Translations under genes and position numbers: made by a program
The notes under the pieces: model-generated
The model's input: the letters and a program-made list of their open reading frames with translations, nothing else
What the model was told of the DNA's origin: nothing
Databases searched by the model: none
DNA from: Macrostomum lignano
Taxonomy: Eukaryota
Assembly: GCA_002269645.1 (NCBI GenBank)
Contig: NIVC01001861.1
Span: 164,840 to 228,839 of the forward strand
Length of the DNA stretch: 64,000 bases
Direction: 5' to 3'
In this document: piece by piece, positions 15,521 to 27,600 of the stretch
How the letters are laid out: each line of letters opens with the position of its first letter
Position numbering within the stretch: the stretch's first letter is position 1

Positions 15521-15964
15521 ATTAAAAAATTGTTAAAACATTTCCCCTATCTTGCTAATGCCTTTTACAGTGAAACCTGGTACCCAGCGTCCTGAGCTAA
15601 CCCATCTGTCCAAAAGTACATGTGTACTTAATACTCGCCATCTCTCACAGGCCATGTTTTTGTAAACATGCCAATCAGTGCAGATGAAATAATCGTCATA
15701 GACTTTGAAAAATATTTCTTCATCTTTGAATCCTCACAAACATTTCCTGGGGTACGAGCGTCCTCGCCAGAATTTAATTAAATCAATGAGTCTTGCAGCC
15801 CTGACTCAGAGTAACTCTTAATAATTTATAGCTCTGTCCTGCCTTGCCAGATACTGTATAACTGTCTTGTCGTGACATTTCTGACTTGGCATGGCAATGA
15901 TAGGAGATCATAGGGCGAATACTGCTTCACAACTGAATCTGCTTCTCTAAACACATCTTTAAAC

Positions 15965-16255
15965 ATCTCTCCTATCTCTACCTCTCTCTCATCTCTACCT
16001 CTTTCCCATCTCTACCTCTCCATATCTACGTCTCTCCCATCTCTACCTCTCCCATATCTACGTCTCTCCCATCTCTACCTCTCTCCCATCTCTACCTCTC
16101 CATATCTACGTCTCTCCCATCTCTACCTCTTCCATATCTACGAGTACTTCCTTCCATCTCTGCCTCTCTCTCATTTCTACCTCTCTCCCATTTCTACCTC
16201 TCTCCCATCTCTACCTCTCTCATTTCTACCTCCTCCCATCTCTACTTCTATCCCA
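15965..16255. repeat. Pyrimidine-rich degenerate minisatellite
   Basis: Recurrent CTCTCCCATCTCTACCT / CTCCATATCTACGT units. Confidence 0.9.
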
Positions 16256-16719
16256 TGCCATACCCCCTAATTTTTACACTTGTTTATCTCTCTCCCTTGT
16301 TCTGTCCTTGCGTCCAAGTGTCTGTGTCTCTTTAGCAATAAACTAATTATAGTTCGGGACAACTGCAGGCCTGCATCTTGATTTCTGCTGCACTTTTTCG
16401 CAATCCAACTGTAGCTGATCATAAATAAAGGTATCAAATTATCAGGAGAGGTCTGGCAATCTCGGTGTCATTTTGTCATGAAATAATCAGAGACCCTCTT
16501 TCTGCCTGAGTGCAGCTTTAACTATAATTCGATTTTCGATTTTACACGGCTGGTAGAAATCCGAAAACACGATTTAATCAACCTTCAACCTTCAGGTCAC
16601 GTGAAAGCAAAGCATCGTCAAGATTTTAGCCCCCCCCCCGTAGAGAAAGGCTTAAGATTCAGATTTTCTCCTATTTCTCGTAAATTATTGTGCGTCACAC
16701 TTCTAAGCTGACAAAGAGG

Positions 16720-17022
16720 TTTTAGCATCAGGGGCTTTAGCACCGGGGGCGCCAGCACCGGGGGCTTTAGCACCAGGGGCTTTAACATCAGGGGCTTTAA
16801 CATCAGGGGCTTTAGCACCAGGGGCTTTAGCACCAGGAGCGCCAGCACCGGAGCGCCAGCACCGGGGGCGCCAGCACCGGGGGCGCCAGCACCGGGGGAG
16901 CCAGCACCGGGGCGCCAGCACCGGGGGAGCCAGCACCGGGGGCGCCAGCACCGGGGGCGCCAGCACCGGGGGAGCCAGCACCGGGGCGCCAGCACCGGGG
17001 GAGCCAGCACAGGGGCGCCAGC
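16720..17022. repeat. 15-bp GC-rich minisatellite
   Basis: Units GGGGCTTTAGCA(T/C)CA grading into GCACCGGGGG(C/A)GCCA. Confidence 0.92.
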
Positions 17023-17544
17023 ATTTTTAGGATAACTTTAGCCGCTCATTGATTTTCCAAGGCTTCCAAACCAGCGGTTTCTAGCAATGTGTCGCCCCTG
17101 TGTCTTCACTGGATCAATATTGATTTTTGCTAATCGGGCAGGCTGGGCACACAGACAGCCCAATACGTCAATCATATGCTAGTTCAAACCTATAAATAGC
17201 CGTAATACCTGTCTGAGAATTGAGTCCTAGGCGTGAGCGGTCATAAATCATTTCAAACACATTCTTTTGTCAGAAGCCATATCTCATAATTACTTTGAAA
17301 GATTTTTTCTACTTATTGCAGAGTTCAGTTAGTGCTGATCACTTTGGGATTTCTCTGAGTCCCAGAGTGAACCGGCCAGTCAAAGGCGCCTCGATAATTT
17401 GCATATTTTTACTGACCAGAATAAAAGCACCTCCTACAAGCTATTAATAGACTTTGTAGGCTTAAAGGACACGTTGTACTTTAATTAAATGGATTAATAA
17501 ATACATATTAATGCAGCTGGAACTTATCTTGTGCTAGAAAGGAA

Positions 17545-18302
17545 GCTGAGACAATCCTATTGTTGAAGCTGAGATAATCCTATAGTTGAAGCTGAGATAA
17601 TCCTATAGTTGAAGCTGAGATAATCCTATAGTTGAAGCTGAGATAATCCTACAGTTGAAGCTGAGATAATCCTATTGTTGAAGCTGAGATAATCCTACAG
17701 TTGAAGCTGTGATAATCCTATAGTTGAAGCTGAGATAATCCTACAGTTGAAGCTGAGATAATCCTATAGTTGAAGCTGAGATAATCCTATAGTTAATGCT
17801 GAGATCTATAGTTGAAGCTGAGATAATCCTACAGTTGAAGCTGAGATAATCCTATAGTTGAAGCCGAAATAATCATATAGTTGAAGCTGAGATAATCCTA
17901 TAGTTAAAGCTGAGATACTCCTACAGTTGAAGCTGAGATAATCCTATAGTTGAAGCTGAGATAATCCTACAGTTAAAGCTGAGATAATCCTACAGTTGAA
18001 GCTGAGATAATCCTACAGTTGAAGCTGAGATAATCCTATAGTTGAAGCCGAAATAATCATATAGTTGAAGCTGAGATAATCCTATAGTTAAAGCTGAGAT
18101 ACTCCTACAGTTGAAGCTGAGATAATCCTACAGTTGAAGCTGAGATAATCCTACAGTTGAAGCTGAGATAATCCTTTAGTAGAAGCTGAGATAATCCTAT
18201 AGTTAAAGCTGAGATAATCCTATAGTTGAAGCTGAGATAATCCTTTAGTAGAAGCTGAGATAATCCTATAGTTGAAGCTGAGATAATCCTATAGTTGAAG
18301 CT
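17545..18302. repeat. 23-bp minisatellite, about 33 copies
   Basis: Unit GTTGAAGCTGAGATAATCCTA(T/C)A. Confidence 0.95.
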
Positions 18303-18932
18303 ATTTTGCGCAACTAACAATGGAGTTGAGCTGAAAAAATATAATGAGCCATTGTTGACAAACAAGAATGACAAAAAGCTACACAATAATTGTTGTCTAC
18401 ACTTGTTTAAGGCAGAGTAGGCATAGAGACTCACAGAGAGACACGGAGAGAGTGAGGGAGGGGTGAGAATTTCCCAGCGAATCCCAGTTAAGATGGCGTC
18501 TAGCGAATTGCAGGATTTTTAAGCTCAAGCAGGTAGAAAGTACAGCCAGGTGGAACAGACGATGATGGCAGATAAGGATAAATTTCTGAGAAACTAAAGG
18601 CATCCGATTCGTTAAAGCATTCAAAGGATCAGACGGATTGACTAAGAAGGATTTTGAAAAATTCAATTATTTTCGGAGAAAACTCGGACGGAATCGGGAC
18701 ATTTTCGGTCACACTCGGACAATCTCAGACAGATTCGGACAAACTCGGACGAAATCGGAAATTCTCTGACAGATTCGAACAAACACGACAGATTCTGACA
18801 AAACGAAGACGGAATAGGAAATTCTCGGACAGATTCGGACAAACACGGACAGATTCTGACAAAACGAATACGAAATAGGAAATTATCGGACAGATTCGGA
18901 CAAAACTCGAACGGACACGCCCAGATTTCGGC

Positions 18933-19652
18933 ATGGGATGCGCATCCTCAAACCCCAGCAACGATGGTGCCCGGCAGCGGTACTCGCCAAAAGCCGATCA
19001 GAAAGCCAACCGAGGCGTCGGGCTCGCGCAGGACGGCCACTTCAACAAGGACTCGCCGCCAGCGGACGAGCAGAACGGCGCCGCCAACCAGCTGCAGGAG
19101 AAGCGGCTAATCTACTGCAAAGTGAAAGACGAAGAACGCGAATGGGACGACAGGTGCATACTAACACAGCAGGAGATCTTCAAACTGTGGACGTCGTGGA
19201 ATTTCGTGCACGATCGGGTGTACCGAGCCGGGGTGCACATGTTCCTGCTGCTGTTCAAGCAGCACCCAGTCCTGCTGGCCATCTTTAAACGCTTCGGCGG
19301 AGTCGAGAGCGGAGAGGGCGGCCTGGACGGCTTGCTGACCAAGGACAACCCGGATCTGAAACGGCACGCGGCCACGGTGATGGGGCTGCTAGACGATGCC
19401 ATAGTGAATCTGGACAAGTACGAGCTGGTCAAGGCTCGCCTTCACTGCACCGCTCGAACGCATCGCCAGTTTGTCGGCTTCGAGGCGCGTTTCTTCTGGC
19501 TGATGCGCGAGCCGTTCCTCGGCTCCCTGGAGGCCATCCTGGCCGAGAAGTACACGGACGCGATGAAGCAAATCTACGAGAAGACCATCGATTGGATTCT
19601 GGGCGAGTTGTACAACGGGTTCCAGGAAGCGCCGCGAATGTCGAACGGCTAG
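18933..19652 (+). CDS. Intronless globin with N-terminal acylation motif (globin X-like / membrane-anchored globin), 239 aa
   Basis: Single ORF. MGC N-terminus; globin pattern: A-helix W (LWTSW), B-helix GVHMFLLLF, C/CD PVLLAIFKRF (CD1 Phe), distal E7 His (LKRHAATVM), proximal F8 His (ARTHRQF), G-helix FWLMREPF, H-helix YEKTIDWI. Confidence 0.92.
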   Translation: MGCASSNPSNDGARQRYSPKADQKANRGVGLAQDGHFNKDSPPADEQNGAANQLQEKRLIYCKVKDEEREWDDRCILTQQEIFKLWTSWNFVHDRVYRAGVHMFLLLFKQHPVLLAIFKRFGGVESGEGGLDGLLTKDNPDLKRHAATVMGLLDDAIVNLDKYELVKARLHCTARTHRQFVGFEARFFWLMREPFLGSLEAILAEKYTDAMKQIYEKTIDWILGELYNGFQEAPRMSNG

Positions 19653-19657
19653 TCAGG

Positions 19658-19693
<36 letters not shown>

Positions 19694-19869
19694 TTGCCGA
19701 CTCTAACACGATCTCTATATCTAACCGGCTGGATGCACCCACTGCGTTACTGTCTATTCGTGCTGTAATATTCATTCTAGGTACCGAAAAACACTACGCT
19801 ACCTGGAAATTTCTGCTTTGCAACTTTAAAGAGTCCTGTGCTGACTTGTAAGTGTTAGTTGAGCCTCCA

Positions 19870-20582
19870 TAGCCTTGAATTGTTGGATTTGGCTGTGGAT
19901 TGTTAAATTTGGCTTGTTTTATTGTTGAATTTGGCTTTGGATTGTCGTATTTGACATGTTGGATTGTTGAACTTAGGATTTTTGGATTTGGCTTGTTGGA
20001 TTGTTGAGTTTGGCTTGTTGGATTGTTGAGTTTGGCTTGTTGGATTGTTGAGTATGGCTTGTTAGATTGTTGAGTTTGGCTTGTTGGATTGTTGAGTATG
20101 GCTTGTTAGATTGTTGAGTTTGGCTTGTTGGATTGTTGAGTTTGGCTTGTTGGACTGTTGAGTATGGCTTGTTGGATTGTTGAGTTTGGCTTGTTGGATT
20201 GTTGAGTTTGGCTTGTTGGATTGTTGAGTTTGGCTTGTTGGATTGTTGAGTTTGGCTTGTTGGATTGTTGAGTTTGGCTTGTTGGATTGTTAGATTTTTT
20301 ATTTTGGCTTGTTGGATTGTTGAATTTGGCTTGTTGGATTGTAGAATTTGGCTTGTTGGATTGTTGAATTCCGCTTGTTGGATTGTAGAATTTGGCTTGT
20401 TGGATTGTAAAAATTGGCTTCTTAGATTGTTGGATTGTTTAATTTGGCTTGTTGAATTTGGCTTGTTGGATTGTTGAATTCGGCTTGTTGAACTTGGCTT
20501 GTTGGATTGTTGAATTTGGCTTGTTGGATTGTTGAATTTGGCTTGTTGGATTGTTGAATTTGGATTTGGCTTGTTGGATTGT
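19870..20582. repeat. 22-bp TG-rich minisatellite
   Basis: Unit GGCTTGTTGGATTGTTGAGTTT. Confidence 0.95.
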
Positions 20583-21320
20583 GCTTGAAGTGTTGGAACC
20601 CTTGCTTGAACTTACCAGTAACCATTCACCCAGTTTGTCACCAAGAATTCACAAAAGTTCAACGCACCAAATGCAGCACTGTAAATCGATGTTGTTCGTC
20701 TATTCTTTAACAGACGATTCGCGATGCTATATAAATGACAGAGAAAAGTTTCTACGAGAAAGTGCGTGGAAATCAATGTATGCTGTGCACTCATGTGCCC
20801 TGTATAGTGATTGCATCCAGTAGTGTCTGTATACTGTAATCTCATATTGTGTAGAATGTAGTGCTGTGTGTAAGCAAAACGGAGTTGCCCGAGTTCGCCT
20901 GTCGTTCTGGAAGGGCGATCCCGCAGCCCGAGGCGCTATATGTGACCACAGGCACCCCTCTTCAGCCCATTTCTATCATTTTTTAGCTTAGGACCTTGAC
21001 AGCAATAAATCTAGTTGTGTTAGCTAAACGAAAATTGAAACTGTCGTCCTTTTTTCGTGGCAGATGTTCACAAGCGATTTGTTCGTTAAATTCTAGGCAT
21101 CTGTCGAATGTTTAGTACAGTGCATCTGCTCTGTAGCGAAATGGGATACTGATCAACTTGTTAAGTTTCAAATTTTGTTGCATGTACAAGAAAATACTGA
21201 TGTAGAGGTCAATTTGTCTCGGCTAGTCATGGCAACCAAGGGAGGAGAGTGAGAATGAAAAAAATTGAGTTAGTTGAGTCTGGCACTGCAGAATTGCATT
21301 TTAAAGTGTTGAATTTGAAG

Positions 21321-22118
21321 GCTGGGACTCTAATATTGACAGCTGGGATTCTAATATTGACAGCTGAGACTCTAATATTGACAGCTGGGATTCTAATATT
21401 GACAGCTGGGATTCTAATATTGACAGCTGAGACTCTAATATTGACAGCTGAGACTCTAATATTGACAGCTGAGACTCTAATATTATATTGACAGCTGAGA
21501 CTCTAATATTGACAGCTGAGACTCTAATATTGACAGCTGAGACTCTAATATTGACAGCTGTGACTCTAATATTGACAGCTGAGACTCTAATATTAACAGC
21601 TGAGACTCTAATATTAACAGCTGAGACTCTAATATTGACAGCTGAGACTCTAATATTGACAGCTGAGACTCTAATATTAACAGCTGAGACTCTAATATTA
21701 ACAGCTGAGACTCAAATATTGACAGCTGAGACTCTAATATTGACAGGTGCGACTCTAATATTATATTGACAGCTGAGACTCTAATATTGACAGCTGAGAC
21801 TCTAATATTGACAGCTAAAACTCTAATCATGACAGTTTAGACTCTAATATTGACAGCTGAGACTCTAATATTGACAGGTGAGACTCTAATATTATATTGA
21901 CAGCTGAGACTCTAATATTGACAGCTGAGACTCTAATATTGACAGCTAAAACTCTAATAGTGACAGTTTAGACTCTAATATTGACAGCTAAAACTCTAAT
22001 AGTGACAGTTTAGACTCTAATATTGACAGCAGAGACTCTAATATTAACAGCTGAGACTCAAATATTGACAGCTGAGACTCTAATATTGACAGCTGAGACT
22101 CTAATATTGACAGCTGAG
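21321..22118. repeat. 21-bp minisatellite, about 37 copies
   Basis: Unit GCTGAGACTCTAATATTGACA; first unit GCTGGGACTCTAATATTGACA. Confidence 0.96.
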
Positions 22119-22436
22119 ATTGACTGCTGTTGCTCTGAAACCGGCAGCTGGATTTGACCTGATCATCAAAAAAGCTTATACTGATTTCCCAGAAGCCGCT
22201 CTGCGTTCTCTCTCAGAATATGTAATTGAGTTCCAGTGCCATCAGGTGAGAAAGCCGCAATTGATTCTTTAATTATTGTCGCATAATTGATAGACAGAAT
22301 CCCTCAATCAACCGTTGTGCACGCCACGCCATACAGGTAGATGTCTGCAGTGTAAGCTCAGAGAGATAGCTGAACAAAAATTCCTATTCGCATTTCTGTC
22401 CTTCTTATAATTATTTGCGTTGGAAGAGCTCTCAAA

Positions 22437-23185
22437 GGTAGCATCTCACCCTGAAGGGCCACGAGGGGTAGCATCTGACCCTGAAAAGCCACAAGGGGTA
22501 GCATCTGACCCTGAAGTGTCACAAGGGGTAGCATCTGACCCTGAAGTGTCACAAGGGGTAGCGCCTGACCCTGAAGTGTCACAAGTGGTAGCATCTGACC
22601 CTGAAGTGTCACAAGGGGTAGCGCCTGACCCTGAAGTGTCACAAGGGGTAGCATCTGACCCTGAAGTGCCACAAGGGGTAGCATCTGACCCTGAAGTGTC
22701 ACAAGGGGTAGCATCTGACCCTGAAGTGTCACAAGGGGTAGCGCCTGACCCTGAAGTGTCACAAGGGGTAGCATCTGACCCTGAAGTGCCACAAGGGGTA
22801 GCATCTGACCCTGAAGTGTCACAAGGGGTAGCGCCTGACCCTGAAGTGTCACAAGGGGTAGCATCTGACCCTGAAGTGTCACAAGGGGTGGTGCCTGACC
22901 CTGAAGTGTCACAATTAGGGGTAGCATCTGACCCTGAAGTGTCACAAGGGGTAGTGCCTGACCCTGAAGTGTCACAATTAGGGGTAGCATCTGACCCTGA
23001 AGTGTCACAAGGGGTAGTGCCTGACCCTGAAGTGTCACAAGGGGTAGTGCCTGACCCTGAAGTGTCACAAGGGGTAGCATCTGACCCTGAAGTGCCACAA
23101 GGGGTAGCATCTGACCCTGAAGTGTCACAATGGGTAGCATCTGACCCTGAAGTGCCACAAGGGGTAGCGCCTGACCCTGAAGGGC
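22437..23185. repeat. 30-bp minisatellite, about 25 copies (GVASDPEVSQ in + frame)
   Basis: Unit GTAGCATCTGACCCTGAAGTGTCACAAGGG with two 33-bp variants. Confidence 0.96.
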
Positions 23186-23659
23186 TGCAAAGGTGGCAGC
23201 TTCAGTGTCCTCGGAAGATTTCATTGGAAAATACATTATATTTTTTAAGAAAACAGAGCAGAAAAAGCAGAGCAGCGAACATCTCATAGCTAATCAGACA
23301 AAATACTGGCATCTTCAAAAAGCAAATCTTTGAAACAGCGCACCGCGAAGTCAAGCAGGCAAGACTTTTTTTTACCCGTCCTTGTAGCGATCCGTGCACA
23401 CGGAGCGCTCCGCCTCATCAAGATCTGAGTAAGCTAAGCTCAGCTTCCTTCTCTTTGTGCTTGTACGCAAAGATGACATAGTGCTCCAATTCTACAACCA
23501 GAGTCTAAGAATAATTTGCTCAAAGTTCCCAGTGCGTTTGCTTAGTACTCGTACGTTCAATGGGACACAGACAGCTTCTTTTAGTAAGGACTCTTTTTCT
23601 AAGCCTGATAAACTTGGTTACAGAAGGCTTATACTTGTGGCCAGCTGCAATAAAACTAT

Positions 23660-24115
23660 GCCAGCGAAGGCACAGAGAAGACAGGGAAGGCACAAGGGAG
23701 ATAACTGGAAAGGCACAGGGGAGATAACTGAAAAGGCACAAGGAAGAAGACAGGGAAGGCACAGAGGAGAAGACAGGGAAGGCACAGGGGAGAAGACAGG
23801 GAAGGCACAGGGGTGAAGACAGGGAAGGCACAGGGGAGATAACAGGGAAGGCACAGGGGAGAAGACAGGGAGGGCACAGGGGTGAAGACAGGGAAGGCAC
23901 AGGGGAGATAACAGGGAAGGCACAGGGGAGAAGACAGGGAGGGCACAGGGGAGAAGACAGGGAGGGCACAGGGGAGAAGACAGGGAGGGCACAGGGGAGA
24001 AGACAGGGAGGGCACAGGGGAGAAGACAGGGAGGGCACAGAGGAGATAACAGGAAAGGCACAGAGAAGACAGGGAGGGCACAGGGGAGATAACAGGAAAG
24101 GCACAGAGAAGACAG
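23660..24115. repeat. 23-bp purine-rich minisatellite, left part (continues at 28466-28575)
   Basis: Unit AGAAGACAGGGAAGGCACAGGGG. Confidence 0.93.
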
Positions 24116-24269
24116 CTCCCTCTGGTAAATAAACCAGATAACACCACAAGATAACATTCGCTCAAACAAGATAACATGCCCTATTCCGGTTATGCAAAAT
24201 GTTATCTTGTATGAATCTTGTTTGCGTGACGAAATCTTACGTTTCCTTGTTTGAAACAAGATTTAAAAA

Positions 24270-24600
24270 GGATTTGCTGACCAGATAACAGTCGGGTAAT
24301 TCATGCGAATCCTGCAGGGAAACATCGTGTTATCCTGTTTGTTATCCTGTCTGGCAAACAGGATTCGCTGACCAGGTAACAGTCGGGTAATTCATGCGAA
24401 TCCTGCAGGGAAACATCGTGTTATCCTGTTTGTTATCGTTTGTTATCCTGTCTGGCAAACAGGATTCGCTGACCAGGTAACAGTCGGGTAATTCATGCGA
24501 ATCCTGCAGGGAAACATCGTGTTATCCTGTTTGTTATCGTTTGTTATCCTGTCTGGCAAACAGGATTCGCTGACCAGGTAACAGTCGGGTAATTCATGCG
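24270..24600. repeat. 91-101-bp tandem repeat in left arm of TIR element
   Basis: GCTGACCAG(A/G)TAACAGTCGGGTAATTCATGCGAA at 24276, 24367, 24468 and 24569. Confidence 0.9.
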
Positions 24601-26589
24601 AAAGAAGCCGGAAGGCATTGACATCAAATTTCGCAGTAAATATGCGTATAAGAAGTTGGTGATTCAAGATTTTATGAGTAGCATCTATATTTAACAGCGG
24701 GTTGTACTTTGTAAGCGCCTTATACAAACTAAACAAGGAACAGGAAAAAGCTCAACAGGAACGAAAACTTCTGGAGAACAGCGTGGCATACGTATGAGTT
24801 TCGACAGTCGAGTTATAAGTAGACCTACTTATACTGTGGATACTAATTGATACTACTGAATTGGTGATCTGCTGCGAGCTGGTGCTGAGTCGCAGGTCGG
24901 ACCTGCTGTACTCGGACGCGACTCTGATGGCAGTCGACGCGTGAGCCAGACGTTTGAAAGATCGGGTCGCGCGCGTGGAAGGCGATTAATGAGACCACTG
25001 ACGGGGGCTTGCATTATATGCCGGCGCAATGGAACGACTCTGCAATATTAAAGTTAAATTAAATGGCGATGGAAGGCAGTTTCCCCAAAATATACACAGT
25101 TATAAAGAAACAGCAATGTACATACACACTCGATCGCCCAGCTCTAACAGACAGCGACGGTTCGCTGACAATCATTACCAGATTGTTCACTAGTAATGTC
25201 AGCTGCGTCGATAGAATTGTCATTCGTAGCATAGTCGTCGTCCGGAATCAACTGGCTTTCGTTGATCGGCTGCTCGTAGACCGGAGACAAAGTGAATGGT
25301 GTATCATCTGATGCGCCGGCTCGCGCGGCGCTGGCTTCGTTGCGTCCACGAAATGCCGACTACGCTGGAAACTCTTACCTGATTGTCTTCGCAATCCCGT
25401 GCGCCAACGGTAATATCCAACCGAATTGGCGTTGCAGATGTCGCTAGTGCGATTGACGATCGTCCAACGGCGTCATCAACTGCGTCGTTCGAAGCAGTGA
25501 CACCCTCCGGAAAAAGTGGCTGACAAGATTGCCGACACTCATGGTCTGTAACGACTACTCCCTTGACTTGTTCGAGGATTTATTAAATCTCGACAAGATT
25601 ACCGACACTCATGGTCTGTAACGACTGCTCTCTTGACTTGATCTGCTCTCGGCTGGTGCAACTGCAAACGCCTTAGACAAACCAATGGAGCATGCACCGA
25701 AAAAATCGGATTAGCGTCTATCTTAATAGGAAAGCTGCTTTGCATACTGGGCCAGTTAGAGCTATTTGGAACCATGCCACAGTCTCCGTCTAGACACCCA
25801 GCTGTGCCAAACAATATGGTTGGCTGACCCATGCTTCTAAGCGTCAAATATGACGATAGAATCATTCAGCCGGTTGACACACTAAGCAGCTGTGATAGAC
25901 TACATGCCAGTGGTAGTCAAACCTCTCGCACACAATCAGGGCGCAACAATTTTTCAATTGTCACCTGTACGGAGGATGGGCACAGCCTCACATTACGGAC
26001 GCTACAGTGCCGCCGTAAAGCAGATCAATTCACCTTGCAATTTCGAGGCTTTATTACCCCTCGGATTAAAGATTGACCCGCGTAGTCAAATAAAAGTGAC
26101 TACTCTTAGCAGCTGCCTTGAGCCACAACAGACGCGAGGTTTGATTACCCCTCGCAGGTCAGCATTTTCAGTCAACTGCTCAACTTTGATTCATCGGTTG
26201 AAGCGGGGTTCAATTATCCTTCACTGGTGGCCATACACCAACACTGCAGACGCTTTAGACAACCCAATGGAGCATGCTCTTGCAAGAGCTAGAATAACAT
26301 CTGTCTTAAAAAAAGGCTACCTTAGAACTGGGCCAGTAGGAGCTTTTGGAACCATGCCACAGCTCCATCTAGACACCCAGCTGCACCAGATAATAGGGTA
26401 ATCTGATACACTAAGAAACCGCGACAGACTACATGCCATTGGGAGTCAAACCTCTCCAGCACAAAAAGAATGCAATAGTTTGTCGAAGAGCCAACAAAGC
26501 TATCACCTGCAGGGAGGGTGGGCACGGCCTCCCATTACGAGCGCTAGCGTTTGCTGATATATGGCACTTTGCCCCTCGCAGGTCAGCTT

Positions 26590-27600
26590 AGCAGCTGCCT
26601 TGAGTCCCAACAGAAGCGAGGATTGATTATCCATCGCAGGTCAGCATATCAGCTGCCTTGAGCCACAACAGAAGCGAGGATTGATTATCCATCGCAGGTC
26701 AGCATATCAGCTGCCTTGAGTCCCAACAGAAGCGAGAATTGATTATCCATCGCAGGTCAGCATATCAGCTGCCTTGAGCCACAACAGAAGCGAGGATTGA
26801 TTATCCATCGCAGGTCAGCATATCAGCTGCCTTGAGCCACAACAGAAGCGAGGATTGATTATCCATCGCAGGTCAGCATATCAGCTGCCTTGAGTCCCAA
26901 CAGAAGCGAGAATTGATTATCCATCGCAGGTCAGCATATCAGCTGCCTTGAGCCACAACAGAAGCGAGGATTGATTATCCATCGCAGGTCAGCATATTAG
27001 CTGCCTTGAGTCCCAACAGAAGCGAGGATTGATTATCCATCGCAGGTCAGCATATCAGCTGCCTTGAGTCCCAACAGAAGCGAGGATTGATTATCCATCG
27101 CAGGTCAGCATATTAGCTGCCTTGAGTCCCAACAGAAGCGAGGATTGATTATCCATCGCAGGTCAGCATATCAGCTGCCTTGAGCCACAACAGAAGCAAG
27201 GATTGATTATCCATCGCAGGTCAGCATATCAGCTGCCTTGAGTCCCAACAGAAGCGAGGATTGATTATCCATCGCAGGTCAGCTTATGAGCTGCCTTGAG
27301 TCCCAACAGAAGCGAGGATTGATTATCCATCGCAGGTCAGCATATCAGCTGCCTTGAGTCCCAACAGAAGCGAGGATTGATTATCCATCGCAGGTCAGCA
27401 TATCAGCTGCCTTGAGTCCCAACAGAAGCGAGAATTGATTATCCATCGCAGGTCAGCTTATGAGCTGCCTTGAGTCCCAACAGAAGCGAGGATTGATTAT
27501 CCATCGCAGGTCAGCTTATGAGCTGCCTTGAGTCCCAACAGAAGCGAGGATTGATTATCCATCGCAGGTCAGCTTATGAGCTGCCTTGAGCCACAACAGA
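26590..27600. repeat. 58-bp minisatellite, about 17 copies, inside TIR element
   Basis: Unit CAGCTGCCTTGAG(T/C)C(C/A)CAACAGAAGCGAGGATTGATTATCCATCGCAGGTCAGCATAT. Confidence 0.95.

Noticed and set aside
15560-15960. Decayed coding sequence on the minus strand
   Set aside because: Reads protein-like between stops, but no motif allows assignment.
20850-21070. Solo LTR
   Set aside because: TG...CA ends and an AATAAA are present, but there is no second copy, TSD, PBS or PPT.
25892-26401. 169-aa ORF as the transposase of the TIR element
   Set aside because: No DDE/D or other transposase motif; non-ATG start; overlaps an internal duplication.
26590-27600. CRISPR-like appearance of the regular 47-, 58- and 96-bp arrays
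   Set aside because: Units are contiguous with no unique spacers, there are no cas genes, and the context is eukaryotic.
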